DNA from: the human T2T-CHM13v2.0 reference genome, Homo sapiens
Direction: 5' to 3' (one strand)
Assembly (NCBI RefSeq): GCF_009914755.1
Contig: NC_060935.1
Length of the DNA stretch: 64,000 bases
A program made the position numbers and the translations under genes. The notes beneath the pieces are model-generated. The model worked only from the letters and a program-made list of their open reading frames with translations, was not told the DNA's origin and searched no databases. This document shows positions 38,821 to 53,060 of this stretch, in pieces. Each line of letters opens with the position of its first letter. The first letter of the stretch is position 1.

Positions 38821-41800
38821 TTTTAATTTAATTTTATTTTTAAATTTATTTTTTACTGCAATAAGTTTCTGAAGAACATGTGGTGTTTGGTTATGTGAAT
38901 AAATTCTTTAGCATTGGTTTTAAGATTTTGGTGTGCCCATCACCCGAGCAGTGTATGCTGTGTCCAATGTATAGTCTTTTATCCCTCACCCCACCAGCCC
39001 TTTCCCCTGAGTCCCCAAAGTCTATTGTATTTATTCTTATGCCTTTGTGTCCTCATAGCTTAGCTCCCCTTTATAAGTGAGAAATATGATGTTTGGTTTT
39101 CCATTCCCGAGTTACTTCACTTCCATCCAGATTGCTGTGGATGCCATTACTTTGTTCCTTTTTTATGGCTGAGTAGTATTCCGTGGTATGTGTATGCACC
39201 ACATTTTCTTTATCCACTTATTGATTGATGGGAATTTGGGCTGGTTCCATATTTTTGCAATTGCAAATTGTGCTGCTATAAACATGAATGTGCAAGTATC
39301 TTTTTGTATAATGACTTCTTTTTTTGGCTAGATACCCAGTAGTGGGATTGCTGGATCAAAAGATAGGTCTACTTTTGGTTTCTTAAGGAATCTCCACATT
39401 CTTTTCCACAGTGGTTGTACTAGTTTACATTCCCACCAACAGTGTAAAAGTGTTCCCTTTTCACCACATCCATGAAACATCTGTTTTTTTTTTTTTATTT
39501 TTGATTATGAACATTCTTCCAGGAGTAAGATGGTATCACATTGTGGTTTTAGTTGCTTTTTTTCTGATAATTAGTAATGTTGAACATTTTTTATATGTTT
39601 GTTGGCCAATTGTGTATCTTAAAAATTGTCTATTCCTGTCCTTATCTCACTTTTTGATGGGATTGTTTTTTTCTTGGCTGACTTGAGTTCCCTGTAGATT
39701 CTGGACATTAGTCCTTTATTGGATGTATAGATTGCAAAGATTTTCTTTCACTCTGTGGGTTATCTTTTTACTCTGCTGATTATTTCTTTTGCAGTGCAGA
39801 GGCATTTTAGTTTAATTAGGTCCCATATATTTAACTTTGTTTTTGTTGCATTTGCTTTTGGATTCTTGGTCACGAAGTCTTTGCCTAAGCCAGTGTGTAG
39901 AAGGGTTTTTCCGATGTTATCTTCTAAAACTTTTATGGTTTCAGGTCTTAGATTTAAGTCCATGATCTATCTTGAGTTGATTTTTGTATGAGGTGAGACA
40001 TGAGGATCTACTGTCATATTTCTGCATGTGGTTTGCCAATTATTCCAGCATCATTTGTGGAATATGGTATCCTTTCCTCACTTTATGTTTTTGTTTGCTT
40101 TATCAAAGATCAGTTGGCTGTAGGTATTTAGCTCTATTTCCGGGTTCTTTAATCTGCTCCATTAGTCTATGTGCATATTTTTATAACAGTACCGTGCTGT
40201 TTTGGTGACTATGGACTTATAGTATTGCTTGAAGTCAGGTAAGGTAATGCTTCCAGATTTGTTCATTTTTCTTAGTCTTACTTTGGCTATGCAGGCTCTT
40301 TTTTGGTTCCATATGAATGTTAGGGTTGTTTTTTCTAGTTCTGTGAAGAATATAGGTGGTATTTTGATGCAAATTGCATTGAATTTGTAGCTTACTTTTG
40401 GCAGCATGGTCATTTACGCTATTTTCATTCTACCCATCCATGAGTATGGATGTGTTTCCATTTGTTTGTGTCATCTAGGGTTTATTTCAGCAGTGTTTTG
40501 TAGTTTTCCTTGTAGAGGTCTTTCACCTCCTTAGTTAGATATATTCCTAAGTATTTTATTTGTTGTTTTGCAGCTATGATAAAAGGGGTAGAGTTCTTAA
40601 TTTGATTCTCAGCTTGGTCACTGTTGATGTATAGCAGAACTATTGAGTTGTGTACATTAATTTTGTATCTTGTTCCAGTTTTGTGTCTTGTTCTAGTTCT
40701 CAGGGGGAATGCTTTCAACATTTCCCCATTCTGTAATGTTGGCTGTGGGTTTGTCATAGTTGGCTTTTATTACATTAAAGTATGCCCCTTCTATGCCAAT
40801 TTTGCTGAGGGTTTTCATCATAAAGGGATGCTGAACTTTGTCAAATGCCTTTTCTTGTGTCTAATGAGATGATCATGTGATTTTTGTTTTAAATTCTGTG
40901 TAGTGGTGTATTACTTATTGACTTGCATATGTTAAGCCATACCTGCATCCCTGGTATGAAACCCACTTGATCATGGTGGATTATCTTCTTGATGTGCTGT
41001 TAAGTTTGGGTAGCTAGTATTTTGCTGAGGATTTTTGCATCTATTTTCATCAATGATATTGGTCTGTAGTTTTCTTTTTGTATTATGTCCTTTCCTGGTT
41101 TTGTTATTAGGATGATACTGGATTCATAGAATGATTTAGGGAGGGTTCCCTCTTTTCTATCTTGTGCAACAGTGTCAATAGGATTGATACCAATTTGTCT
41201 TTGAATGTCTAATAAAATTCAGCTGTGAATCCATCTAGTCCTGGAATTTTTTTTGTTGACAATGTTTTTGTTGCCATTTCATTCTTGCTGGTTGCTATTG
41301 GTCTGGTCAGAGTTTCTATTTCTTCCTGATTTAATCTAGGAGGGTTGTATATTTCCAGTAATTTATCCATCCCTTCTAGGTTTTCTAGTTTATGCATGTC
41401 AGGGTGTTCCTAGGAGCCTTGAATGATCTTTTGTATTTCTGTGGTATCCGTTATAATATCTCCCATTTCATTTGTAATTGAGCTTATTTTGATCTTCTCA
41501 TTTCTTTTCTTGGTTAATCTTACTAATAGTCTATCAATTTTATTTATCTTTTTAAAGAACCAGCTTTTTGTTTCACATATCTTTTGTGTTGTTTTTTGTT
41601 TGTTTCAATTTCATCTAGTTCCGTTCTGATGTTTGTTATTTCATTTCTTCTGCTTGGTTTGGGTTTGGTTTGTTCTTGTTTCTCTAGTTCCTTGAGGTGT
41701 AAGCTTATATTGTCTATTTGTGCTCTTTCAGACGTTTTGATATAGGCATTTAAGGTGATGAACTTTTCTCTTAGCACCACCTTTGCTGTATCTCAGTGCT

Positions 41801-42008
41801 TTTTATAGGTTATGTCACTATTATTGTTCAGTTCAAATAATTTTTTAATTTCCATCTTGATTTCATTGTTGACTCGATCATTCAGGAGCAGGTTATTTAA
41901 TTTTCATGTATTTGCATGGTTTTAGGGGTTCCTTTTGGAGTCGATTTCCAATTTTATTCTACTGTTGTCAGAGAGAGTACTTAACATAATTTGAATATTC
42001 TTAAATTT
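38821..42008 (-). mobile_element. L1PB-type LINE-1 (~3.2 kb, 5'-truncated) with in-frame RT-core deletion at ~40670
   Basis: L1PB 3' UTR (gattttggtgtgcccatcacccgagcagtg); multiple ORF2 peptides in the ORF track. Confidence 0.95.
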
Positions 42009-42809
42009 AATATAATGTTAATTAGTGTATAATCTCAAATCCTTCTTGATTCTGTTATATGATACATTAATTAGCACATAGTCCCAAAATTGTTTGTGTA
42101 CAAGTTTCATATCTTGCCCTAGTGCATTTATACGTTCTTAACCATGTATCCTTCTTGGTATGCTTAGCTCATGTTGTTTCTTGATATTTACACTGTTTTC
42201 TAACTATAATATTTTTCACCAAATTTCTCTCAAGGATTGTTCAATTTTCTCAATCCTGTTGCCAGAGACAGTTGCAAACATTAGCTTTAGTTTTTTATTA
42301 AATACAACAAGGAAGAAGTTGATTGTAATAACAAAATATCAGTTCTACTGTGCATCTTGGGTTATTAATTTTCCAATCCTGTCTCCTAAATATCATAATG
42401 TGCTGAATGTAGTCATCGTCAGTGTGAAAGTTAAAAATATTAGCTATTATAATTATTAGTGTTAATGAACAGATATCTAAGTAATGGACTAAAATGGATT
42501 GTGGTTGTTTTGAAATGTAGAAACTCTAATTAAATGTTCCAGGGAGCTTAACCTTTAGTATCAGGAAAGTGAATAAATTTACCACCTACGGAGGTATTTT
42601 ATAATGCCAAGTTAGTGCCAAAATATCTTGCTTAATTTTCAAACCTCCTCCTTCACTTTCTTGCCCAAAAGCTTTTAGTTCATATGATCTCTCCTGCTGA
42701 AATATCTGTACCCCATTTTGACCACCTAAAGCCATTTTATCTAACCAAATTAAAAATAAATTCCAAGCCTTTCATGAAGCTTCCAAAAGTCTATGCTTAG
42801 TTGCTCGGT

Positions 42810-43603
42810 GTCACATGTCATCTTTGAACGTTCCTCTGTTTTACCCCCTCCATGTCCAATCCATCAGCAAGTTCTGTAGATTTTTTTTAAAAAATTTCTC
42901 AATCTATCTCAAATCTATACACGCCTTTTTCATTTCCATTACCAGAAAGGTCCAAATTGTGATCATCTTTCTCTTCTTCTGCATTAATAGGATCCACTAT
43001 TACCTGACACACACTCTTAGTTCACTGTCCACATAGCAACCTACCAGACTTCAAAAAAAAAAAAGAAATTAAATTATATCTTTCTCTAGTTTATTGTCCT
43101 TTCATTTTTACATAGATTAGTATCTCAACTTAGAATAGCCACTATGGTCTTAGAAAAATAGCTCAGTATGCCACCTCTCTGCCTTCATCTATATATTTCT
43201 TTCTATTGCTACAGCTAAACTATGCTCCAGTCTCTTTCTATTCTGAAATGAGAAGGCTTTTCTTCATAAGGATGTTTGAACTTCCCTTTGCCTAGAGTGC
43301 TCTTTCCCTAGGTGTGCACATCATTAAGTCTTTGCTTCAATTCGCCTCCAGAGAGGCCTTCTCTTACCACCCTTTTTAAAGCATGCTGCTCACGCTCCAC
43401 TGTTTCTCATAGTCGCTTTACTTCAGATCACATTGTTCTATCATCTCTATGATTTGTCATTACCTGAATTTTTTAAATAATATATTTATGTACAATATTA
43501 TGTAGCTCCATGTGAGTATTTTGGTTTATTGCTGTATTTCTAAAGCCTAAAAGAATTTCCTAGAACGTAGAGTAAAACAGAAAAACTGTTTTTGAATAAA
43601 TAA
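42810..43603 (+). mobile_element. L2 3' region
   Basis: tccaatccatcagcaagttctgt...cagagaggccttct...ttgctgtatttc...ttttgaataaataa. Confidence 0.8.
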
Positions 43604-44084
43604 TTCCAAATCAGACATTATACTTTTTTACTATGATTTCTTATAGTATTTTATTTTCTTCTAGTTTTTAGAGCAGATTAAATTTGCTTTAAATATAATA
43701 TTTTGTATATATCATCAATCAGCTTAACCAAAATATAAGTGTTTTGAGGACACATTGAATGTCTTCTAAATCTTTGTCTTCCCTGTGGAAAACAGAAGGT
43801 AGAGTGAAAAGAAAAGCATTAATTAAAACTTAACATGGGTTCACATTGTGCCCTCAATAATTAATAATTGCAGTCTGAAAATTTTTTACTGAAATTAAAT
43901 TTGTGTATTTGTAAAATAGTTTTAATAATAGCCCTTAGAATTGTTAAAATTAAATTACTACTATATGAAGTATCTGGGAAGTTCACATCCAAATTTTATA
44001 TACATATATATACATATATCATTAATTCATTTTTTATAATGTCTAAGATATTTTCTGGGACATAGACATAAATAAAAATATACT

Positions 44085-44300
44085 TAATAATCAAGCAAAA
44101 ACATTTTTGAACACCTATCATGTTCTAGGAATTATACTAGGTATTTCTATTGAATTATCTTCCATTTTCCTAATAGCTCTGAAATAGAAATATCCTCATT
44201 TTATAAATAAATTGAAAACGTAAGATATTCAACAATTTTCCCAAATGACTTAGCTCTTATATAGAAGATCAAATATTTGAACACACATTTGTTTTGTCTT
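44085..44300 (-). mobile_element. MIR
   Basis: acatttttgaacacctatcatgttctagg...tatcctcattttata...ttcccaa. Confidence 0.7.
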
Positions 44301-44797
44301 TGAACTAGGGAATTCCTTCATTCATTTATCTATTCATTTATCTAGAATTATGAGCATTTTTTTTTAGATTGGGATCAGTATTAAGAAAAGTAAAATATAA
44401 ATTCTAAAGAAAAAAGTTAAAAAATTTTAATCATTTAAAGTAAAATTTTTTAAAACATTTTTTAAAGTTAAAAAATTTTAATCATTAAAATTTTAATTAG
44501 AATTGTCTTTCTTATGTGTCTTTAGGTTAGGTATACATAGAATTGGCATAGTATATTAAATATAGATTTAAAATTGTAGCTTCAACAAATTTATTCTTTA
44601 TCTTGGGCTGTGCTATTTTTGTTACATAAACATTTTAATTACCGATTATAGAAATGATGGTAAAGTTAATTCACCAGTTTTCAGCATAACTCATCATTTC
44701 AGATAATGTTTGGAGATAACATAATATTACTTTATTAATTAAATAATGTCTTCCATGTTTGTGTTCTTTAAATAAAAGGGATTAAAACCTTACATTA

Positions 44798-45153
<356 letters not shown>

Positions 45154-45826
45154 TTAAGAGAAAGGAATATATATTGAATTTACTTCAAAATGAAATAGCT
45201 TTCAATATGTCAGTACTATAACTATGTAAATCTCGGTCTTTTTCTATGAAACGCAAATTATTCTCAGGGTGATGCCATAGAATTGATGTATAATCTACCA
45301 AACTGACCCTCTGAGGGATGTACTATTGGCAAAATAAATTTCCACTTTGCTGCATTTTGATCCATTTGTTGGGCCATAAATTCAATAAGAGCTATATTCA
45401 GGGACTGATTTTGCTTATTTAGCAAGGACATTCCTCTTTGCATTCAATACCCTGTACTTTTCTACTTATCGAGATGACTTCAGCAGCTGGGAATTCTTGC
45501 ATAATTCAGTGTATAACAAGATGGAAAAAGTCATAAACAATTACTGTGGACTCCGTTTGTGTGACTTTTCAGCAGCAAAATTTCTCTAGTTTTGACTTTC
45601 TGGATATTATTTGATTGTCAATACATTTCTTCACAGAAATCCTTTCCTTTTTATTTTTAAATAAAAAGTTTTGGTTACTCTAGTTTGCTGCAAAGGGAAA
45701 AATTGAGGTAGAAAGCTCTTGAGCTTGGTACTCATTCCACATTTAATCACTGTTTAGAATATCTCTAAACTCACCAGCACTCCCTTTTGGTACCCTATAA
45801 GCAGTGATACCCAGTGGAACTTAAGT

Positions 45827-45957
45827 CAGGGGGCCATATATTCCATTTTCCAAACCAACCCATTTTTGATCATCAAGGGGAACACTACTAATATTACACC
45901 AGAATAGCAGGTGTATTACAGGATTGTCCTCTGCAATCTGGGTTGTATGTCAATGTA
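45827..45957 (+). mobile_element. MER94-like (hAT-Blackjack MITE)
   Basis: ccatata...tccaaacc...aagggg...actactaatattacacc...caggtgta...ggattgtcc. Confidence 0.6.
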
Positions 45958-45994
45958 AGCATAAGGAAAGGGCATGAAATATGTTATTAGACAT

Positions 45995-46185
45995 CCCTTT
46001 AAATCCCACTTCTGCCCCCTTTATTGGCTGTGTGAATTTATATATATTACTTAACCTCCCGAGACTCAGTTTCCTTATCTGAAAATCAAAAAAGTATTCT
46101 GATTGATCTTATAATTTGTTATGATTATACACTGAAATTATATCAAGCACAAAGGAAGAGGGGGCTCAAACATGTTAGTTATTTT
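45995..46185 (+). mobile_element. MIR
   Basis: aaatcccacttctgcc...gctgtgtga...ttacttaacctcccgagactcagtttccttatctgaaaat. Confidence 0.8.
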
Positions 46186-46649
46186 ATTGCTATATTTCTA
46201 TTCTCAGTATTTACAATAACATCTGATACATGGATGGTGATCAATCAAGATTGTTGAATGAATAACTGACTGAGTGAACGAACAAAGTATTCAACTAATG
46301 AGTGTAATGACAAGTGACTGAACATATTAATTGAATACCAAATGAAATCATAGGCCCCACTACCATAATCCTATGCATGATAGATGGGTCAGTAAGCTGA
46401 TAAATCATGTGTCCTTGTGAAATGTCATTCGGACACACAAAAAAATGAAATAAAGAAAAAATCCAAAATGTAATAATACCAAGCAGAAAAATAAATTCTG
46501 TCCTGTATATATTTAAACATCCAGGATGATTGCAATAATTATTTTATGCATTTACATTAATCCTATTAAAAAGATTAAAAAATATTTTACTTTTAATTAT
46601 GAAATATTCTTGTTCTTTTCTCTATTGTGTCTTAATAGATTCTGAAGTA

Positions 46650-46822
46650 ATTAGAATAGGCTGTCATGCTGCATTACACAAATGACCACTCAAAAGGATG
46701 AGTGACTTACATTCCATGTGTGCACAGGCCTTTGTGGTTCCAGAAGATTCTACAGGGCAACTGTACTCAATAAGTAGCTAAGCAGCTGAAGGTGTTTAGA
46801 AGTTGTGACTCCAACGTCTCAT
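46650..46822 (-). mobile_element. Old MaLR (MLT1J/K-like) LTR fragment
   Basis: ttagaataggctgtcatgctgcattaca...agtgactta. Confidence 0.45.
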
Positions 46823-46859
46823 CACTTCATCTCTGATCTCTATTTGATGTGACATTGAT

Positions 46860-48037
46860 ACCTGTTGCCTGTTTTCTTTTTGTGAAATTAGTAACATTGG
46901 ATATTTTTCAAAATATACTGTAGCAATTCAGTACACTGATTATCCACTCCCTCCTTCTCAAGACTTGTTTTTGTTACTGTTTACTTATTTGTTTAGTGAC
47001 TTTGCTAGAATATTTTAGTACATATTATGCCCTGCATATTGTGCAGTTCTTGATGCCCTGCTCAGAGAATGCAGACTTGGGCATGTGCACGGTCATCCTA
47101 GAATGACAGCGGTTGTAGCAGGGTCCTTTTTGCATCTTTCTCTCATCTCTTCGCTAAGATGTCTGCCTCTGTTAGTATAATAAGCAGCTGCTAGTCTCCA
47201 CTCGTTGCCTGCTGATTGTACTCAATTGTTTTGGCAGTGCCCTGGGGCATACATTGTTCCACATTCTGATCCTATTAAATGTGGGACTCTTTGCAGGAAC
47301 AATTTTTGAGACTGATCTTTTAAGTTATATTTAATTTTATAATTTTTGAATCTTTCTGTTCTTATAGTCTGTCTTTTTTCCCTGGCAAAATATCTGCCAC
47401 TGCTGTGGAGTTCAGGTCACAGAAAGTGGCTGTCTTTTCTCAGATTGACACTTTTACTTTACAAACTATGTTGTAGAATTGGAATAGTAACCTCTGGTTT
47501 TCTTGGCTCTGGTTTTACTATGGTGTGGAACTTCCACCCTGTGAGTGAACTTGGACAAGAGCAATTGGGGCCCAGGATTCAAAGTCTAATGGGGTGGAGC
47601 CTCCACCCTGCCAGTTAGGACACATTTGAGGAAAGGAGCCTCTCAGTTCTTACTCTTTCTTGCCTGGAATTTAATCTCTCAAGGAAGAAGAAGGGGAGGA
47701 TGAGTAATGATACAGTCTGCCCATCCTGAGAAAATGCCATAGCTATAAACCAGAAGCTGGGAGGAAAGGGAGTTCCATCTTTTCAGTAACTCTTGCCTAG
47801 AGTGGAACTTAACATTACACTGAGCTTGGGAGGAGGCGGGCATGTTGTCGCTCCAATCCCACAAACTCCATTCTTACCTAGATTTTAATTTTTTTCTTGA
47901 ATAAATGTCTCTTTATTTGATGTATGCTCTTAGAACAATTTCCAAAGTTATTAAATTTTTGTTGTGATTTTAATGTTTTATCAATTATGTTTGCTTTGCT
48001 GCAATACGTGCTGTTGGAACTCCTCAATCTGCCATTC
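46860..48037 (-). mobile_element. Ancient L1 5' end (L1MD/L1MC-type 5' UTR)
   Basis: tttgtttagtgact, ttcttgaataaatg and terminal ctgccatt (aatggcag start on minus strand) typical of old L1 5' ends. Confidence 0.65.
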
Positions 48038-48257
48038 TGTACATAGGTACCTCTATGAATGCTTCTTACTCTTTGCTAGACATTCCATTAACTTGGGAAG
48101 CTTTATAAGAATATAAGCTTTATAAGAATACACAAGCCTGCAGATATTCTGATTTAATTTACTGAATAGCATTAAAGGAAACTAAAATTAATGGTCATGA
48201 CCACATTTAGTAATAGTATAATTTAGTATCCTGTTATGTAGAGGTAGTGGTAATCAT

Positions 48258-48415
48258 TATATATATATGTATATGGAATATATATAATGTATATATTACA
48301 AATACATACGTGTGTGTATATATACAAACACATATACACATATATACACATACATACACACATATATATACACATATATATTTACACATATATATATATA
48401 TATATTTACATATAT
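48258..48415. repeat. (TA)/(CA) low-complexity repeat
   Basis: direct reading. Confidence 0.9.
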
Positions 48416-48419
48416 TTGT

Positions 48420-48785
48420 CCCACAGATTTTGGAAACACAGAGCACTTCTTTTCCTTTCCCTTTTCAAAGTTAGATAGATACATGTGACCAGGTATTATA
48501 AAAGCTAAGAAGTAACATATCATTTTGGGGACTAAATGTGTAAGCACTGGTGCTCAATTTCTACTCTCTTTTTAGTTTTTTTTTTTTTTTTTTCTTGCTC
48601 TGGTAAATCTTGAAACCCCATCTTGAGACTGAGGTGTTACAATAATAGATCTAGCCTGGAATTCTGAATCCCTGACAGAGGTCAGTGGCCATAAAGAGGT
48701 ATCTCAGCCTATAAAAGAGAAATAAAATTTCATTGTGTTAGCATTCTTGTTTTTGTAGAAACATTTAGTTTAACCTGACTGATAG
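48420..48785 (+). mobile_element. Old MaLR (MLT1I/J-like) LTR
   Basis: catgtgacc...agaagtaacatatca...gagaaataaaatttcattgtgtta...cctgactgata. Confidence 0.55.
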
Positions 48786-48989
48786 GATCGTTATTATCAA
48801 TTCTGTTCAAAGTGATTGATAGGTTGAATGCTATTTGAATAACAATGTCAACAATATTTTGGAAAAACTTGAAAATTTGATGCTAACATTTACAGGCATA
48901 AGCAAAAGATGTGTTAAATGAGATGAAAAATGTGCTAATAACAATTGTTATTGTGCAAATTGATTACATGAATTAGAGTTACTTTATCA

Positions 48990-49405
48990 CGCCCAGTTAA
49001 GTGAGAGTTCAAAGACCAGGCTGAGGAAAAGAGAAGAACCTGGAACATAAACTTCGGCCTAGGGATTATCTACAAGCCAGCTGCCAAAACAACCTGCTAT
49101 AACCTTGAGACCAATTTTACCTAGTAGCTGCTGAAACAAAATGTCACAGCTCTAAGATTGGTTTCACCTACTGTCATCACTCATCAATCAGAACTTGCGA
49201 GCTACCAAAAACCTGGCTAATACAAATGACTTTTCTTATATAACAATATGCAATATTTCTCTTTAAATGAAACCCTCAATCTCTCTGTTGTTTGGACATA
49301 CCGAAGACCACCCAAGTCTGTGTGTATGCCTTGAATTGCCAATCTGTTTTCCAAAATAAAACTTTCATTTGAAGATGTGTCTTTATAATTTATTTAATTT
49401 TGACC
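48990..49405 (+). mobile_element. ERV1 solo LTR (MER34/MER39 group-like)
   Basis: ttttacctagtagctgctgaaac...tcaatcagaacttgc...ggacataccgaagaccacc...aataaa. Confidence 0.7.
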
Positions 49406-49409
49406 ATTC

Positions 49410-50130
49410 ATTTGACTACATTAAGGTTAAGAAAAACGTTCCTCAAAAGATACCTTAAAGCAACTATAAATCTATGCTACAAACAGAAAGTAAATGTTTT
49501 CCAACATCTATGACTTACAAAGGATTCATATCACAATTAATATATGAAGTAAAACTTTGTGAGAAAAAGACACAAAAGCAGATATAAAAATTAGCTTTTC
49601 AAAAAAGAAAAAGAAAAATTAGATATTCATCCTCACTAGAAATCCAGAAAATGCAAATTGGCACCATAATGACATGTGGTTTTAAAATCATTCAATGGGA
49701 TTAACTAAACAATCTAAAAAAAAAAAGTTTGATAGGTTTTGTTTCAACTCAGTTTGTTATACATTATTGCTGTTAGAATAAATTTATCATTTACTTTGAA
49801 AAAACTCTGGTACTGTCTTTTAAAGTTGAACATGCATAAGATCCCATAATTATACTCCTAAGAAATATGTATGTATATGTGTTCAATAACATTCACAACA
49901 GCTTAATTTAATAGCAAAACTGTCTAAGCAATAGAAGAAAATAATATTTTATATTTACACAATAGAATATTATACATTACAAAAAAATGAGCTACTGTCA
50001 TATGTAGCAACATGGATAAATCTATAGAGGGTAATGTTGACTAAATAAATGAAAGAACCTTGAGATAGTATTTAATATGATTATCATTTTAAGTTTAAAA
50101 GTGGCAAAATTAAACAACATATTGTCTTTA
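49410..50130 (+). mobile_element. Ancient L1 (L1ME-type) 3' region
   Basis: acaaaggattcatatc, cctcactagaaatccagaaaatgcaaatt, aacatggataaatct motifs. Confidence 0.7.
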
Positions 50131-50132
50131 TC

Positions 50133-50258
50133 TCAAATATTTGAGATGATGGATATCCCAATTACCCAAATTTAATCCCTACACATTGTATTCTAAATAT
50201 CACAAGCACCCCATTAATATGTACAACTAATTATGTATCTGTAAAAATTAAAATTTAA
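50133..50258 (+). mobile_element. L1MA/L1PB 3' tip
   Basis: ttgagatgatggatatcccaattaccc...acacattgta...atatgtacaact. Confidence 0.8.
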
Positions 50259-50346
50259 GGTTTTTTTAAAAACATGATTTTCCATTTTCAGTGGAAGTAA
50301 ACACGCATGTCAGTGTTTTCTTATAACTCTGATAAAAGTAAATCAA

Positions 50347-50700
<354 letters not shown>

Positions 50701-52099
50701 TCATGTAAATTTTCTGAAGTCATTTTGTTCTTAGACACATAGTATAGTGAAAAGGGAAATTGGAAAATTTATATGAATTATAATATGTATTAAACATCAT
50801 TCTGTAAATATTAAATATTTCATTATATACTTGAAATCCAATATTTGAGATAAAGAATTTATAGTTTTTGCTTACAAAAATTTAATTATGCTTACTTGCA
50901 TGTATGACTAGGTGTATGTTTTAGAGTGAAACACATTTTCAAAATTTTGTAATAACATTACTGTGAAGAGGTTCTAGAGAAAACCAATAGATGATCATTT
51001 CATTGATTTCCAGATGAGACTTTAATTAGGTATGTTATGAAAATATTATTATTCTCAAAGCACAAAAAATGCAATGTCAATTTTTTCCTGAGCATCATTT
51101 ATAGAATGTGGACATATGAAACACATAAGAAAACCGAGCAGAACTGATAATTTACAATTGAAGTCTACCTGTCAAATGAACATTGAAAGTTTATATAAGC
51201 AGTATGATAAGAGATTCAGAAGCTTCAGCATATCTAAAACTATTAGTTTTTGAAACTGTGCTATCACCATTCTGAAAGGCTACGCTCTTGCTATTTTTAC
51301 AAACAACAGCCATTAATTAGAAGGCGTCCTCAGTATCTCAAATAAATCTGCTGAAGACATATGTTGTGTTGTGTGTAGAGCTGGGAGCAATTTACACCTC
51401 TGCTGCCCCATGTAATAATGTATTTTTATTAGGCAAGCTGTTTTACTTTCTTTTAAAATGCATTGCTAATAAAAATGTACTTACGTTTTTTATAAATTGA
51501 ATTAATTATTTATTATTTTATCACTACATAAAGCAGCTTGAACTTATTATGCCTTGTATTTCCTGTGAGAAGTTTCAATTTTTTTTTTTAATTTTCTGTA
51601 CTGACAGTGAAAGTTATAAGCTGTATTCACAAAGAGACTAGAAAAATTTCACAAAGAACAATAGAAACATAAGTATTAATAAAATACAGGTGGGTGGCTT
51701 TGCTAATTGTCTTTTACAATCATTCACCTGTTATTTTCTCTAACTTTATATATATAAAGTCAATGTTTTTTATTAATAACTTTGTAAACTAATGGCATAT
51801 TCATTTCTATACTTCTTTGATTTGCATCTTTAAAAATGTATGCATCAGAACACCGTGAGATTTTAACATGAACAATACTAGAAACTGGCATTTACTCTCA
51901 CTTTTTGTTTAATTTTCAAGGTTTCTCTCTCTAAGCACAGAAATATTTTAAAATATTATAATACCATTCATTCTCTTCATTATAGCATTATGCATTTAAT
52001 TAACTTCATCCTAATTAATGAGGAGAATGAGGTTAATAAAATGCGAAGTAAGCTATAATGTCATTATAGGGACATCTACAAATCCGGGACAATGCTAAA

Positions 52100-52637
52100 A
52101 AAGTTTCAAGATGGTCATTCAATAGTTAAAAGTTTGGGAAATGTTAAGTTAGGCAAAGATAAGCAGACATCTTTCCTGAAGGATTTCTCATGCACATAAC
52201 ATGGTTGTGCAATGTTAAACTCTAGGATTAAGATTTACCATGTAGTGGTTCATGAAAATATTGGCTCATAAAAGTCTTTGTTGTTGCTGTTGCTGTTTTC
52301 AGACAGAGTCTGGCTCTGTCACCCAGGCTGGAGTGCAGTGGAACAGTCATGGCTCACTGCAGCCTCGATCTCCTGGGTTCAAGTGATCCTTCCTCCTCAG
52401 CCTGCCAAGTAGCTGGGACCACAGGTGCATGCCACCACATCCATCTAATTTTTGGATTTTTAGTAGAGATGGGGTTGTGCCATATTGCCCAGGCTGGTCT
52501 CAAACTTCTGAGCTCAAGCAATCTGCCCACCTTGGCCTCCCAAAGTGACATAATTATGGGTTTGAGCCACTGTTCATATCATTCTTTTAATAACTTCAAG
52601 GCTAGTGATTTCAAGAGAAGTAGTTTGGGAAAAGCAG
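52100..52637. mobile_element. hAT-Charlie MITE (MER112-like), split by AluJ
   Basis: agtttgggaaatg...aggatttctca...; resumes after the Alu as gctagtg...tttgggaaaagcag. Confidence 0.5.
52277..52580 (-). mobile_element. AluJ (Jb-like)
   Basis: ggctcactgcagcctcgatctcctggg, gagctcaagcaatc; decayed ttgttgctg tail. Confidence 0.92.
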
Positions 52638-52879
52638 TTTCTGAAGATCAGTCAGAGCAGGCAGGTAAAAGAGAGGTAAAGATTTTGGAGGTTGCTGGTC
52701 AGGCAAGGTGTGAGATGATATTTTTGAAATGTATGGGCAGAAAGTTTATTATTAGTAGTAGTAGTATTATCCACCTAGGACATTCTAACCAGTCTTTCAA
52801 CCCCTCAAAAGGCGTATCCAATATCAACCAGGAGTGGAACAAGGAAAGACTCAAGTGTTGTTATCTACTTTGATACCAA

Positions 52880-53060
52880 GTCATTTTCCCCTATTTTATA
52901 CATTTTATTTTCTTCATTGCATATATTTCTCAACATTATCTTATACATTTACTTATTTATTTTCTTACTCTCCCATTAGATTATTTAGCCCACGTGCACT
53001 AAAGCAATGCCTGGCATGAGAAAGTAGGCATTCAGTCTACATTCTGGAATGAATAATGTA
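52880..53060 (+). mobile_element. L2 3' end
   Basis: cccattaga...caatgcctggcat...gtaggcattca...gaatgaat. Confidence 0.55.

Noticed and set aside
38821-42008. L1 ORF2 peptides as a functional retroelement or RT system (also 11812-14208, 55193-58051)
   Set aside because: All copies are 5'-truncated, frameshifted, stop-ridden and have deletions in the RT region; no intact ORF1/ORF2.
52349-52873. Longest ORF (174 aa)
   Set aside because: The N-terminal part is antisense AluJ translation and the rest runs through MITE/unique DNA with no domain-like sequence.
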